Below are positions 1-13,159 of a DNA stretch of 64,000 bases, in pieces. The DNA comes from Felis catus. Lineage: Eukaryota. Under the pieces are notes generated by a model, which did no database searches, was not told the origin of the DNA, and was given only the letters and a program-made list of their open reading frames with translations. Within the stretch, counting starts at the first letter, position 1, and each line of letters starts with the position of its first letter. The position numbers and the translations under genes are program-made. The stretch spans positions 64,110,001 through 64,174,000 of the forward strand of contig NC_058368.1 in assembly GCF_018350175.1 (NCBI RefSeq). Reading direction: 5' to 3'.

Positions 1-350
1 TGTAAGTTTAAACTGTACAATGTAATGATTTTATATGGGTTAATAATGTGAAATGACTGCCACAATATTAGTTAACACATCCATCAAACTTTTGAGGTAA
101 GAACTTTTAAAATCTACCCTCTTAGCAACTTTCAAATATGCAATACAGCATTGTTAACTATAGTCACCATGCTATGCATTACATCCCCAGGACATCTCCA
201 TCTTGTAACTAGAAGTTTATACCTTCTGACCTTCTTCAGCTACTTCCCCCCCCCCAGCCCCCTCCCCAACTCCTGTTATTGGCAACCACCCATCTGTTCT
301 CTGTTTCTAAGAGTTTGTTTTGTTTTTGTTTTTGTTTTTAGATTCCACAT
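1..350 (-). mobile_element. Old LINE-1 (L1MA-type) 3' UTR fragment
   Basis: Matches the reverse-complement L1MA 3' end: 'aaaatctaccctcttagcaactttcaaatatgcaatacagcattgttaactatagtcaccatgc...ttttagattccacat'. Confidence 0.75.
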
Positions 351-1107
351 TCAACTTCTATTTCAGGTTTATTTTAAAGCATGTTTTCCCACCTGTCAAA
401 TAGTTGATAATTTAGCAATTTTTGATGAAGACTCTCTTCTGTGAACACTATGGGTATACTGTTTACTGGTATTGGATAAATTGTGACAAACCTCCCCAAA
501 CTCTATGATGAACTTACATATCTCAACCATTGAGAAATGTAGACATGATCAGAATTGTGCAGCTCTTTGATTTGAACTTGATGAAAATATATATTAGCCC
601 AAACCCCTGTTTCTTTGTCACAGGTTCTTTATGGAAATTCCTGTAGGCACACATGTAATATGATTATAGTAGCAGTGGTTTTTATCTCTGGAATCAGCAG
701 AGCCCAGATGCTTGCTTGTGTGATCACAAACATTCTTGCATGAAGGAATTAGCGAATATGATTCTGTAAGGCAATGTTCACCACAAATTACTTGTATAAT
801 GCTTCCTACATTCAGGACACACCCCTGCAGTTTCTTTTAACCTTCACGATAAAGCAGTCAGGCAGGTGAAGCAGAGATATTATAGCCAAGGTAACTGAAG
901 CTAAATGAACTTAGTGCAGGCACTGGCTTTGCTATTTATTAAAGAGCAGAGCTATAACTGGAGGGGGGGAGAAAACACCCTCCAAAGTTTAGTCCAAATT
1001 CTATTTGAAATAAAACACTGTGAAACAGAAAGCAAAATGCAATTATTTAAAGTTGCAACATACTTACTAGAAAGAGTTCTAAAATAAAAATTAGTATATA
1101 TGACATC

Positions 1108-1200
1108 TAGGCCTGGTTCTGCCACTTAGATTAGGTATATGTCACTGGGAAAGACACATTACATCCATGGGCCTCAGAATTTTTCTTCTGTAAATGAAGA
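1108..1200 (+). mobile_element. MIR SINE fragment
   Basis: MIR core-like 'ggttctgccactt...gggcctcag...tctgtaaatg'. Confidence 0.55.
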
Positions 1201-1384
1201 AGAAATGGACCTCATTCCATCGTTTATTTATTCACCTGACACTTGATTTCGTGCTAGGTACAGTCCTCATCACCATAAAACTAGTATAGAAGACAGGCTG
1301 ATTAAAATGAAATGTTATCAGTGCATTGAAAGAGATGTGCACACCAAGATGCTATAATAATTTGTGGGTGGGATGTAATCCTGA

Positions 1385-1800
1385 CTCATTCATTCATTCA
1401 TTCATTCAAAAATATTATAGACTGTTTTTTTTAATGTTCTGAGAATTGTTCAGATGCTGAAAATGCACACATGAATATTGAAGGATTGGAAAAGGTAAAA
1501 GTTGGTGAAGAGGGAGTGCTGAGAGACTGGAACAGGAGGTATCAGGCAGAAAAAGAAGCAAGTGCAAAAGCAAGCTAGCAGCAAGGGAGATTGGAAAGGA
1601 GGTAGGAGTCCTTCCACGTAGGCCCTTTCTTGCTTTGGTGAGTAGTAGATACTTAATCTAAAATCCATGAGAAACTGAAAGATGGCATGGTCAGATGTAC
1701 ATGTTAAATAGTCACCCTGCAGCATTGTGAATATTGGATTAGAGGAACCAGTACTGGAGGCAGAGAGATAACCTAGGAGACTGGTGTAAGGGACTCCTGA
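1385..1800 (-). mobile_element. L2 LINE fragment
   Basis: (CATT)n L2 tail, followed by purine-rich L2-like sequence ('tcaccctgcagcattgtgaatattggattagagg'). Confidence 0.55.
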
Positions 1801-1804
1801 CCTC

Positions 1805-2110
1805 ATTTCTTTGCAAGACAGTGTGGCAATATCCACAAAGATGGAAAATCCTTATCCCCTTAAACCAGTTGATTCTACTTCCAGGGAATGATCTGCCCCA
1901 TATATTCAAGAGTGCTCAGGAGATTTAGGGCTCTTTGAAATAGCAAAACATTATTTAAAAAGTGCTTTGAATGCTATACTTATGGCTATTTAAATAATGA
2001 AATATCCATGCTATTTAGGGGTGAAACTAATATTGCAGATACAGATACATTGAAATGTAATCATCAAAAGGCTATATTGTTGAGTGAAAAAAAGCAAGGA
2101 GCAGCATCGA
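1805..2110 (+). mobile_element. Ancient L1ME-type 3' fragment
   Basis: 'gtggcaatatccacaaa...aaaccagttgattctacttccagggaat...atattgttgagtgaaaaaaagcaag' resembles a degraded L1 ORF2 end and 3' UTR. Confidence 0.5.
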
Positions 2111-2621
2111 GGGTATTTATAATGAGATGATGCACAGTTAGCTGCATTGTGCCAGCGTACAAAGAGTGAACAGAAGGAGAAAATCTAGGCAAGGAGACTT
2201 AAAATAGGTAAGTAGAAAAATGGAAAAATGTCAAAATGTCAAAAGAAAGTTTGAAGCAAACATAAAAGTGAGGTTTTTTGAATGGGAGAATTGATAGATG
2301 ATCTTAGAGTCTATAGAGATGCTAATCAAGATACAACTGGAAAGTATTTTATGAGGTTTAGTAATCAGGAGGTCATAGGTAGTTCTGGTAATTGTTCAAA
2401 CAATTTAGGCGTGCAGAATTCCTGCTTTTTCATTCTTTCAGCAACTTAAAGAAGAGGTGAACTTCTGGTTAATATTTCCTTTAAGTACAAGAATATCCAC
2501 CACTAGCACAATATGATATGAATATAAAATAAACATTATTGAGGGAAAATTTCAAGCATAGAGCACATCATCCTCTGGGCTGTCTTCCCACAGACTACCA
2601 TGCTTAGATTGGTGCAACTGA

Positions 2622-2704
2622 AATAGCCAAATTATAGAAAGAGCCCAAACGTCCATCGACCAATAAATGAGTAAAAAAGATGTGAAATACACACTCACAC
2701 ACAT

Positions 2705-2746
<42 letters not shown>

Positions 2747-3172
2747 ATATTACTCACCACTCACAAAGAATGAAACCTTGACATTTGCAACAACATGATT
2801 GGAACTGGAGAGTATTATGCTAAGCAAAATAAGTCAGTCTGAGAAAGACAAATATCATACAATTTCCTTCATATGCGGAATTTAAGAAATAATACAGATG
2901 AACATAAGGGAAGGAAATAATAATAATAAAAAAAAGACGGGGAGGCAAACCATGAGAGACTCTTAACTATAGAGAACAAAATGAGGGTTGCTGGAGAGGA
3001 GGTGGGTGGAGGTTGGGGAAAGAGGTGATGGGCATTAAGGAGGGCACTTGTTGGGGTGAGTACTGGGTGTTGTATGTAAGTGATGAATCACTGAATTCTA
3101 CTCCTGAAACCAATATTGCACTATATGTTAACTAACTAGAATTTAAATAAAAACTTGAAACATAAAAAAAAG
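2622..3172 (+). mobile_element. Carnivore LINE-1 3' end, 5'-truncated, with an internal (CA)n expansion
   Basis: Contains the ORF2 C-terminus (FATTWLELESIMLSKISQSEKDKY-like), the carnivore L1 3' UTR and an A-tail. Possible diverged TSD: agattggtgcaactga (2606-2621) / agcttggtacagttga (3176-3191). Confidence 0.9.
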
Positions 3173-3648
3173 GTAAGCTTGGTACAGTTGACTTAGAGCA
3201 CCACAGAGAGAAAAAGGGTGGCAGGCAACATCTAGTCACTATGTTATAAAAGAGCTCCCTAGTCAATGAAACATCTCAGAAAGGAGAGGCTGAAGCCCTG
3301 AAGCTGGTATCAGCCTGTTTTTCCAGCTAGCTAACTCAGATAAGCAGAGCCTGCAACTTGCTAACTTCCTGAAAAAGGAAGGAAAGGAAACTCCAGGACA
3401 TCCAGAATTGTCTCTCCAGCTTCACCTCCTATTCTTTAGAAGCTCATTAACTATGATTCTTTCCAAAGGCTTAATTTGTTGTCAGATTGTAGCATTTTCT
3501 AAAATGTAGAATGGAATTTGAATTCTATTCTGTGAAGAATTTGAAGAGACCGTTTGTAGCTCAAACAGGGGGAGGCTTATCCAACCTTGGGGGAAGTTCA
3601 TCGTACTACCTTCTGTCTCAGGGTATTATGGATATTACATGGGGCTAG

Positions 3649-4437
3649 TGTGATTTAGACTAAGAGATGTGTATTTGGATTTTGTCCAGTTGCTGGCACA
3701 GAGCTGCTAACACCCTTGGGTTTTCCTAAGTGATGAGAGCAACAAAGGTGTCTCTTGCTATGTTAATTAGGTGACTTTTTAACTCCACCTAAGTTTAGGA
3801 GCAGGTTACCAACCTGCCACAGGTGAACCAACCATGTGATTAGAGGGTTGGAACTTTGAGTACCTCTGGAACAAGGAGAGGCCTGGCAGTTGAACCAATC
3901 ATCAATGGTCAGTGACTTCATCAATCATGACTATGTAATGAAACCTTCATAAAACCCCAGAGGACCTCCCCCAGGTTGAGGAGCATGTGGCGATTGGGGT
4001 GAGTGGTGCACTGGAGAGGCCATGGAAACTCTGAGCCCTTTCCCTATGACTTGCCCTATGCATCTCACTGTTTGGCTGTTCCTGAGTTATTTCCTTATAA
4101 GAAACATAATCTAGGGGTTTACTAAGTTCTGTGAGCCACTCTAGCAAATTAATCAAACCTGAGGAATCAAACCTGGGAACCTTTGATTTATAGCCAGTCT
4201 TTCAAAAGTAAGAAAACAAGCTGGACCTGATGTGGGCACCCTGAGTTGGAAGGGGCCATTGGAACCTGTAGTTTGTAGCTGTTTAGATCAGAAGCACAAA
4301 TAACAGCCTGGGCTTGTGACTGGTATCTGAAGTGGGGTGAATGGGGAAGTTTTGTAGGACTGAACCCTTATCCTTGGAATCTGATGCTTTGTCTGAGTAG
4401 ATAGTGTCAGAATTGAGTTGCATATATCCACACCCAG
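3649..4437 (+). mobile_element. MER21-like solo LTR
   Basis: Starts 'tgtgat...tatttgg...ctggcacagagctgctaacacccttggg' and ends 'gtagatagtgtcagaattgagttg...cacccag', both matching the recalled MER21 consensus. Confidence 0.7.
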
Positions 4438-5311
4438 TCAAGCAAAAGTTGTCATCCCCCCTTTCTGAATGCGCCAGGCACTGTGCTATCTGGATCTGTG
4501 AGTTCTACAAGGCTTCAGAAGATTGTCACTTTGTCATCATAGTCCGTCTCTGTGGCTGTGTGAGGGTGGCCAAAGCAGCATCTAAGTGAAAGTAACTGTC
4601 CAAATTCATGTTTATAAAGTTGTCCTCCAGCTGACCAACATGTTTGTCAAAATAATTTCTCTTGGGTCAATTTTACGTCCCTTTTGGTAGCAAGACCATG
4701 GTGTAATGAGTTAAACATTGTTGCAGAAGCTATAGGAGCTATAGATGGTTGCACTTGTTTGATTGGCTTTTTCACTTCAGATACATAGTTAGATTTTGTT
4801 ATTCTATATGGACATCTATATGGACAACTTAAAGAATGAGTTTGTGACTAAACTGTTGTATCAGTTTCCATGAAGTGTAATTCAATCATGGTTCAATAAT
4901 AAGAGAACATGCTGTGAAGATCAGTGAATCTGATACAATTCTCTAGCCATCCACTATCATGATGTTAACTTGCTGAGCGCCAATGACATGGGGTTGAACT
5001 GCAGGTGATACTTTGGCTTTTGAGCACACAAATCCTAAGGACCAATTGAGGCTGTATTACTAAGGGCACACACATGTGGGCACCACCCCCCCCTCCCCCC
5101 CCCCCACAACCCCTAACATGAAGATCAAGTCTGTGATTATGTCATTGTTTCTATGGAAGGGCTGCCTGTGAGTTTCAGCTCTTCTTGAGGCATGTGGTCA
5201 TATTGAGCTATGGTTTTAATTAGCATTTCCCTGATAACAGGTGTGCATATTAGTTATTTGGATATCCTCTTTTGTAAAGTTCTGGTTGAAAATTTTCTAA
5301 TCTTTGTTTTC

Positions 5312-5535
5312 CTTTTTTTTTTAAATTTTTTTTAACGTTTGTTTATTTTTGAGACAGAGAGAGACAGAGCATGAATGGTGGAAGGGCAGGGAAAGAGGGA
5401 GACACAGAATCGGAAGCAGGCTCCAGGCTCTGAGCCATCAGCCCAGAGCCTGACGTGGGGCTCAAACTCACAGACCGCGAGATCGTGACCCGGGTGAAGT
5501 CGGACGCTTAACCGACTGAGCCACCCAGGTGCCCC
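5312..5535 (-). mobile_element. CAN-SINE (feliform SINEC_Fc type)
   Basis: tRNA-derived head, (CT)n, A-tail; TSD taatctttgtttt (5298-5310 / 5536-5548). Confidence 0.95.
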
Positions 5536-5781
5536 TAATCTTTGTTTTTCTTAAAAGTTTATAAATTATTTAACATTGGCCATTTTCTAATTACCTTTGC
5601 ATTATTGACGTCAAGTTTAATTATTTTATGTTCAGAGACCACGTTCTCTATGGTTTTAGTAAGTCTATGTTTTTGAGATTTAACTGTATAGTGCAGAATT
5701 TACTTTAGCAAATGTTCAAATGTGCACTTAAAATAATGTCTATTTTGCACTCATTTGCACAGTTCAAAATGTGGCAAATTA

Positions 5782-5961
5782 GGGTGCCTGGGTGGTTCAG
5801 TCAGTTGAGCATCCAACTTCGGCTCAGGTCATGATCCTGCAGTTCATGAGTTCAAGCCCCACATCGGGCTTGCTGCTGTCAACACAGAGAGCCTGCTTCT
5901 GTCCTCTGCCCCCTGTCTGCATCTCCCCTAATGTGCTCTCTCAAAAATAAATAAACATTAA
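5782..5961 (+). mobile_element. CAN-SINE
   Basis: Head gggtgcctgggtggttcagtcagttgagc; TSD aaaatgtggcaaatta (5766-5781 / 5962-5977). Confidence 0.95.
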
Positions 5962-7313
5962 AAAATGTGGCAAATTAAGCAAAGTTGGCAAATTATGCAT
6001 CTCATAGATCATCTCTCTATACTGATTTTTGTCTGTTAAAGTTTTCAACTATGATTTTATATTTGTTCTTCCATTTACTTTCATCAATGTTTGCTTTCTG
6101 TGTTATATAGTTAAATTATTTGTTACATACACATTTAAAATTGCTATGTGTTGAATTGTGTCTTTTGTCACAAAAAAACATAAGCCAGTTGATCTCTTGC
6201 AATATTCTTTTCTTAAATTCGACTTCAGTGTTGATACAGCAACTCTCTTTTATTTAATGTTTACATAGTATATCTTTCTTCATCATTTACTTTCATGCTT
6301 TTTGTGATCTTATATGTAATGCTCATCTGCTAGAATATAAGCAACATATATATTTTTTTAAACCAGTGTGACCATCTTTGTTTTTTGAGTTAAGTATTTG
6401 GTTCACTGACATTTAAAGAAATTTTTGTGTTTAGGTTTATGTCTGGCATCTTGCTCTTTATTTTCTATTTGTTCCATCTCTTCTTTCATTCTTTACTCAT
6501 TTCCTGACTTCTGTTGAATTGAGTAGTTTTAGAATTCATTTTGTTTTTCTTAATTGGCTTCTTGGTTACTGATTTTATTATTATTTTCATAGTTATACTT
6601 GATAGCAACACACATTCTTGATTTATTATAGTCTATTTTAAAATAGCACATTTACTGCTTCGCAAACAATTCAAGATACTTTCTACTATTTAACTTCATT
6701 TCTCTATTCCTTTTAGCCTGTTGTGCTACTTTGTTGTATATTGTATTTCTACATATGTTTTAAGCCCTACAGGGGAAGCACAGCTTGCGATGACTTAAAA
6801 AAGAACATCGTATACTCCTCATTAAAGATAAATTAGTAAAGTTGCATTCTGAAAATTCTTAGACGACACAGCTGAAAAGATGGGAGTAAAACCTCCACAA
6901 ATAACAACATCAAAAAAGAAACCTCACAGTGTTACATTTCATTGTAGTCCTAGGCATACAGAACTCTGATTCTGGCAGTCGTCACAATTGTAAAGCTGAA
7001 ATTTATCACCCTAGTAGTCAAGACGTTTACAAATGTATTCTTCTAATTTATTCTTAGCCTAAAGATCCCATTTATTTTCCACTTTTTTACATTTTAATAT
7101 TTTGAAGAAGCTCAGTTGTAATTATCCTTTTAGATGCATCACACTTACCTGTTTTGCTGCTTTTGTTTCCTCTTCCCAGCTTTATATCTTCATATATTTG
7201 AACCATATGTTTGCTTCAAGTTCCCAATCTTATTCTACTGCCTCTAGCAAGTCTTACCTGACTTTTCCTCTGGGCATCTCTCTCTTGTCTGAAATTTAAG
7301 AATAACTCTCCTA

Positions 7314-7442
7314 GGGGCACCAGGATGGCTCAGTTGGTTAGGCATCAGACTCTTGATTTCGGCTCAGGTCATGATCTCACAGTTTGTGAGATAGAGTCCT
7401 TAGTCGGGCTCTGCACTGACAGTGTAGAGCCTGCTTGGGATC

Positions 7443-7473
<31 letters not shown>

Positions 7474-7560
7474 TCTGTCTCTCTCTCTGCCTCTTACCCC
7501 CTTGCGTGTGCACTCTCTCTCTCTCTTTCTCTATCTCTCAAAAAATAAACATTTAAGAAA
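7314..7560 (+). mobile_element. CAN-SINE
   Basis: Head ggggcaccaggatggctcagttggttagg, long (CT)n, aataaa tail. Confidence 0.93.
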
Positions 7561-10030
7561 GAAAGGGTAATTCTCTTACATTATTTTTGATCATTACTTT
7601 GTATAATAGTTATTTATGCATATTATTTCTTTCTATATTTTCACTATTATCTGTCACATTGTCTTATGAAGAATAATCAGTTATACAGTTGATGTTGCCT
7701 CCATGGTATACATTAGAAAAACCAATGGTGTTGCTGCAGCATTTTTAAACCAAAGCTAATTTTCAAACTGCTTTGTCAATGGATTCTCTTATAGATACAA
7801 GGTGACTGTAGCTGAATGCTTCAGTAAGCAATGGGGGTTTTGCGCTAGGGGCAATATATCAGGGATTAATTGTCACTTGGGAAATAAATTAGATAACAAT
7901 CAAGGTTACACAAAAATTACACTGTCTTAAGAATAAATGTTAGCTGGGAAGGCATAAATGAACTGATAATCAGGTGGGAAGACATTATGGCAAAGGAATG
8001 GGTTTCCTTAAACAACTTTTATAACTAACAGAATTTTAATAAGATATTATCCCCAGCCAATAAAAATCCACTGAAAAATAATGAAACCTACAAGGGTGAT
8101 TGCCGCAGTGGCTCAGACACCCACAGAGGCTCCGCGGGCGGTCAGCTCAGGCTTCTTGCCTGCCTCTCCCACTATTTACAAACATAATTAAATTGAAAAT
8201 GAATATGCTGCTTGACTGCTACTGTAACAAGGACTGTGAGAAAAATATTGTGTTACTTTGTCGGGGGTGACCTTTGCGAATTTCACTGTTGAAAGAAAAC
8301 TCAAGTAGGTTGGACAACATTCTCATTTCTTCAAGAGAGATTTGAAAGTGTTAACATGGGCTCCTTTTCAAATTACTTCTCAGAGAAGTGTTGCTTTTGC
8401 ATTTGTATTTGGCTTTGTTTTGTTATTTAATTAAAACCTATGATTAATTTATATTTATGAAAAGTGAAGATGAATAAGAAAGTTCAGGTATAATTTTCCA
8501 ACCATTGCTGACTAAACTTCAGGAGCTGTCAGTCCATTTCTTATGGTTGCTCATTGTATTATGGAATCAATAGGAATCACCAGCTTTCTAGTTGTTCTTC
8601 ACAATACTATAAACCAGGTCAAAAGGGCTTTTAGGTACATATTTCCAATTCCCCTGCTATGATAACATTTGAAGGAGAGGCAGAAGCCTTCACACTTAAA
8701 TCCATGATCATTGTTTTTTTTCTTTTAAAATAAACATGTCAGAGGCACCATGTTTTCTAACACCTATAACTAAACATGTGGTTTGGAATGTTACGAATGT
8801 TCTTGTATATGAGAAAGCCAGAAGGTCAGGGAAACACAGAAGGAAAATTCAGAATTACTGATATTAATCTGTCAGCAATGTTTATTCCAGGTTAGAATTC
8901 TGGCTTTTTCTAAAGATTGCTGCATATGGGACTCAGGAAACCCCTCAGCATGAAATCTTTGTTTTGACTTTACAGAAAGGCCTTCAGACACTTTCTTAAA
9001 ATTTATTGGTTACACAAGACTCCAAATTGCCAGGTTATCTGATTTCTTAAACAACAGCTGAGTAAAAGAAGCAAATTGGGAAAGGGGGGCTGCCAGAGGC
9101 CAGCTTGAGGTGGCACACCAGCCATGTGAAGTCCTGATATACAGAAAGCCAAATCAAAGTTCCCTTGTTCCAGTCTAACAATTACTGATGGTTGTGCTTT
9201 TGATTTTTTGTTGTTGAGAAATTAAGGTAGGTTCAGTATGCCAGAAAAGCAAAAACACGTGGACCAGCCCACAGTAGTTTGTTTTAGAGACACATTTCCT
9301 TCCAAGGCTTAAGCTCCGTTATCTAGAGTGTCCGTTCATGGGAGATACTCTGATGATATTGAGATGGTTGTTTCCTTGCTTCATTAGTATTTGGTCCAAG
9401 CCTCAGTGCTGGCATTGTTTACAAGATTTGAAGTAGTCTCATATCTCAGTTGAGATCTGCAGTAATCCTAGGAAATAGACAAGGCAAGTATTATCATGCT
9501 CATTGTGTAAATAGGACATTTGAAGTTCACAATAATCAGAGACTTTATTCATGTCACAAAACAGTAAGAAGAAAACAAAAGAGGAAGTGAAGTCTGCCCT
9601 TTATTGCCTCTCTCTACTCTTTGCTGCTCTGTGACTTCCACTGGGAACTTGTTACGTTAGAACCACAAAGGCCATGCCCCTTCCTGTCCAAGTAGTTTTA
9701 GAAAATTGTTTTTTCAGTGGATTCTCTCAGCATTACCAGGGGTAAAGAACTTAGGATTTGTTAGTGAAACGTTATATAAGTTAACTTAAATTAACTTATT
9801 CTTAGACTTCTGTTTCTGTATCTCATGCCTGATTCCCACTACTCTAGGAATGTAAATTGAACAAGATTGCCTTTGTCTTGTAATGCAATGCTGTTAACAA
9901 ATGAAAAAATTGAATCGACACTACCTACATAAGGACAGTATCAATTTTTATATCAAATATTCTTGTACTTACAAGAAAATGGTGATTTTAAACTGTAGAA
10001 TCACAAGCTAAAGTACTGAGATGCATTTTT

Positions 10031-10245
10031 TAATTTTTTTAATGTTTATTTATTATTGAGAGACAGAGAGAGACAGAGCATTAGCATGGGAGAGGCAGAG
10101 AGAGGAGGAGACACAAAATCCAAAGCTGGCTCCATGTTCTGAGCCTTCAGCACAGAGCCCGACGCACAGCTCAAACTCACAAACCGTGAGATCATGACCT
10201 GAGCCGAAGTGGGACACTTAACCAACTGAGCCACCCAGGCACCCC
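10031..10245 (-). mobile_element. CAN-SINE
   Basis: Complete SINE; TSD aagtactgagatgca(tttt) starting at 10011 and 10246. Confidence 0.95.
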
Positions 10246-10921
10246 AAGTACTGAGATGCATTTTTTAACAAATGCATTGTTATAGCTTTTGTGGAAATTC
10301 TTGCATTCAAGGATTATTTACAAATTTACAGGTCTTTGAGTGCCTGGCATATGCTAAATGGTGGGACTATTTGTGAAATATAAAATGTAGCTGTCTGTTC
10401 TCTTACAGCTTTAAAGGTATTGTCCTGGTTCCAAAAGCAAATGTTTTTGCAAATATTAATATATGATAGCATGCAATGATCATTCTGCAAGAATATCAGT
10501 AATTATTACCAATATATAATCATTGCCATAAATGTTATATAATTATAGTTGTGGAGTCATTAATATAAACTTAGCATTATTGTTAAATAGATAAGTAGTA
10601 TTAATATAATTTAATAGCATATGTGTTGAATTGGGTTGACAATAGGCATGAGAGAAAATGCAAGATAAGCAGAGAAAAAAAATAACTCCACTTTCTTTGC
10701 TTTATTTTTGTAACAAAGGTTTAAACCATGTAATTCACATATCTATCATATGATATATATATAACTGTAGTAATTAAAATTACTTCAGATGTAAATAGCA
10801 TCTCTTTTCTCAAAGGGATGTGAAGAACACATTAATTTCTATCTATGTTGTGAGTGCACAAATAGTAATATTTGGGTGTTGTGTTTTTGGTGGTTCAGAT
10901 CTAAGGAAATAAAGCCCACTT

Positions 10922-11111
10922 GTTTGTTTTTTAATGTTTATTTATTTTGAGAGAGAGAGAAAGGGAGGGGCACAAAGAAGAAGACAGAGAATCCCAAGCC
11001 ATCCCCATGCAGTCAGCACAGAGCCTGACGTGGGGCTTGAACTCACAAACTGCAAGATCATGACCTGAGGTGAAGTCGGACACTTACCCGACTGAGCCAC
11101 CCAGGCACCCC
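10922..11111 (-). mobile_element. CAN-SINE
   Basis: SINE head and tail; TSD aagcccactt (10912-10921 / 11113-11122). Confidence 0.93.
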
Positions 11112-11139
11112 TAAGCCCACTTCTTTATAGATATGTATG

Positions 11140-11142
<3 letters not shown>

Positions 11143-11192
<50 letters not shown>
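11143..11192. repeat. (TA)n microsatellite
   Basis: About 25 uninterrupted TA units. Confidence 0.95.
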
Positions 11193-11195
<3 letters not shown>

Positions 11196-11324
11196 TACAT
11201 ATGTATATATGTATATATAGAGCTACAGGTTAAACTGTTTGGTTGCAAAAATATTCATAGTTGTTAAACTTGAGTAAAAGTGAACAAAATGCCAAGAGAG
11301 GCAGTACTGTATCTTTAAAATGTC

Positions 11325-11520
11325 ACAGGTGTGGATTTGAAACTCAGCCTTAAGATTTCGAGGGACATGTAACAAAGGGTAATTGGATTTTACTCTCTGA
11401 GCCTCAGTTATCTCATTGGTAAAATGGGTAGCTGTGAGAATTAAGAGTGGTAATGTATCTTAAAAATGCAGTGTAGTGCCTGGCACACAGTAAGTGCTTA
11501 ATTAAGTGGCAACAACATAA
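11325..11520 (+). mobile_element. MIR SINE
   Basis: 'tctctgagcctcagttatctcattggtaaaatggg...agtgcctggcacacagtaagtgcttaat'. Confidence 0.75.
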
Positions 11521-12929
11521 CAATGTATATAAAGTAGGGGATAGATTGCTCTTATTTCTCTTTAAGATGTATATTACCTAGTGGTATTTACTTGTAACTA
11601 ACTTTTAATATGTTTAGTACCTTTTTTGATATGTTTTTCTCTTATTTTATACTGAGCTTCAGAAAATTATCATTATCTAGAAACTGTTATGCACACTGCA
11701 TTGTGCCACATGCTGTGCAAAGATGAAGGGGAATGTAAAATACTCCCACATACACAGAGCTATAACAGTGAGACATTTCCCTTAACTGATCAGTAACTCA
11801 GATGTTTCCATGAGAGTCAAATGTTCACCAAAAATAAAAGATGGAAATATATAAGTCTGCTGCAAATGAATGCATGCTTTAAATTTCAAATTTCCCACTT
11901 ACTGAATTGTACTCATGAATTAATAAGATCTTTCCAAGTATAGCTTATTTAATAAGGTTTGTGTCCACCAGAATTACAGTGTTCTCTTTTTTTAAAGCTA
12001 TGGTCATTAAAAATGGTGCCACAAAATGTGGTGTTTGTGAATGAAAATTTCAGGGCTCCTAAGTTGTGTTTAGCATTCATAGTAAAAGCAGTGGAACCAG
12101 CCAGACATATTAGTCAATGGCAGTGCAACCTAATTGGACACACCTGTTGAATGGCAAAAGCTTAAATTGGATTCTGTGATATATGTAGTTCGTATGAATT
12201 GTCTCACTCTTGGTTCCATAGTTTTTGAGTATGTCGGTCAGGTACCTCAGTTGTTTCGTTCTATTTTGTTGTATATGGACTGACATCTAGAGAGGGTATT
12301 GGTTGTTTATTTTACTTGAATTTTTTGAAAGCAGCAATATTGAGGTCATATTCTATAATGAAAGGATATTACTTTTTGCTGGTATGGCGTGAGGAAACCC
12401 AAGACTACCCATGCAAGCGTCACAGAGCTGAGCATATGCTGGGCTGCCCATTCAAAAGGCCCCATCCATTGAAGCACAGTGATGGTTTCAAGGATAGGTA
12501 CATGACCCATGTCATGGAAGTAGAGTCAACAGATTTTCTCCTGAATCTTTTCTACTGGAGCTAGAAAGAACTTCAATAAAAGACACAGTCTTAGTCCAAT
12601 ATGAGCTTCAAGTTCTAATTCTGGCAATATTTAATTCTTTCTCTTTAACTTAGACTTTATATCCTTACCTCTGTAATGGTTTGTCCTTATATTGGCTCCA
12701 TGAAATGAGTTATTATCTTTGATCAGAGACAAATTTAATTCTCTTTCCTGAAGATTCTCATTTTTCTCAAGTACATCACAATAATATTTATTGGTAATAT
12801 AGCCAACCAGTCAATCTTAATTCAGGAAATTACTATTTAATTTTATAGTGCCTAATATCACATGATCTACAGACATATTCAGATTCACAAAGTAAGAACA
12901 TAAAATTTACCTTTAAAAAGATACACTTA

Positions 12930-13159
12930 GGGGCATCTGGGTGGCCAAGTTGGTTAAGCATCTACCTTTTGCTCAGGTCATGTTCTCTTGGTTTGTGAGA
13001 TTGAGCCCCATGTTGGGATTGTGCTGACAGCTCAGAGCCTGGAGCCTGATTTGGATTCTGTGTCTCCCTCTCTCTCTGCCCCTCCCCCACTTGCGTGTGC
13101 ATGCTCTTTCTCTCTCTCTCAAGAATAAACAAACATTTAAATAGAATAAAAAATGTAAA
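12930..13159 (+). mobile_element. CAN-SINE abutting the tail of the full-length L1
   Basis: Head ggggcatctgggtggccaagttggttaagc, (CT)n, A-rich tail. Confidence 0.93.

Larger units (their letters stand above)
5205..7250 (-). mobile_element. Ancient L1M fragments (ORF2/ORF1 remnants) interrupted by SINEs
   Basis: T-rich, with L1 antisense motifs 'tggttttaattagcatttccctgata', 'ttacatagtatatctttcttcatcatttactttca' and 'ttggttcactgacatttaaagaa'. Confidence 0.55.

Noticed and set aside
4803..4826. 12-bp tandem duplication tctatatggaca (similar small ones at ~53036-53061 and 53320-53346)
   Set aside because: Ordinary slippage duplications.
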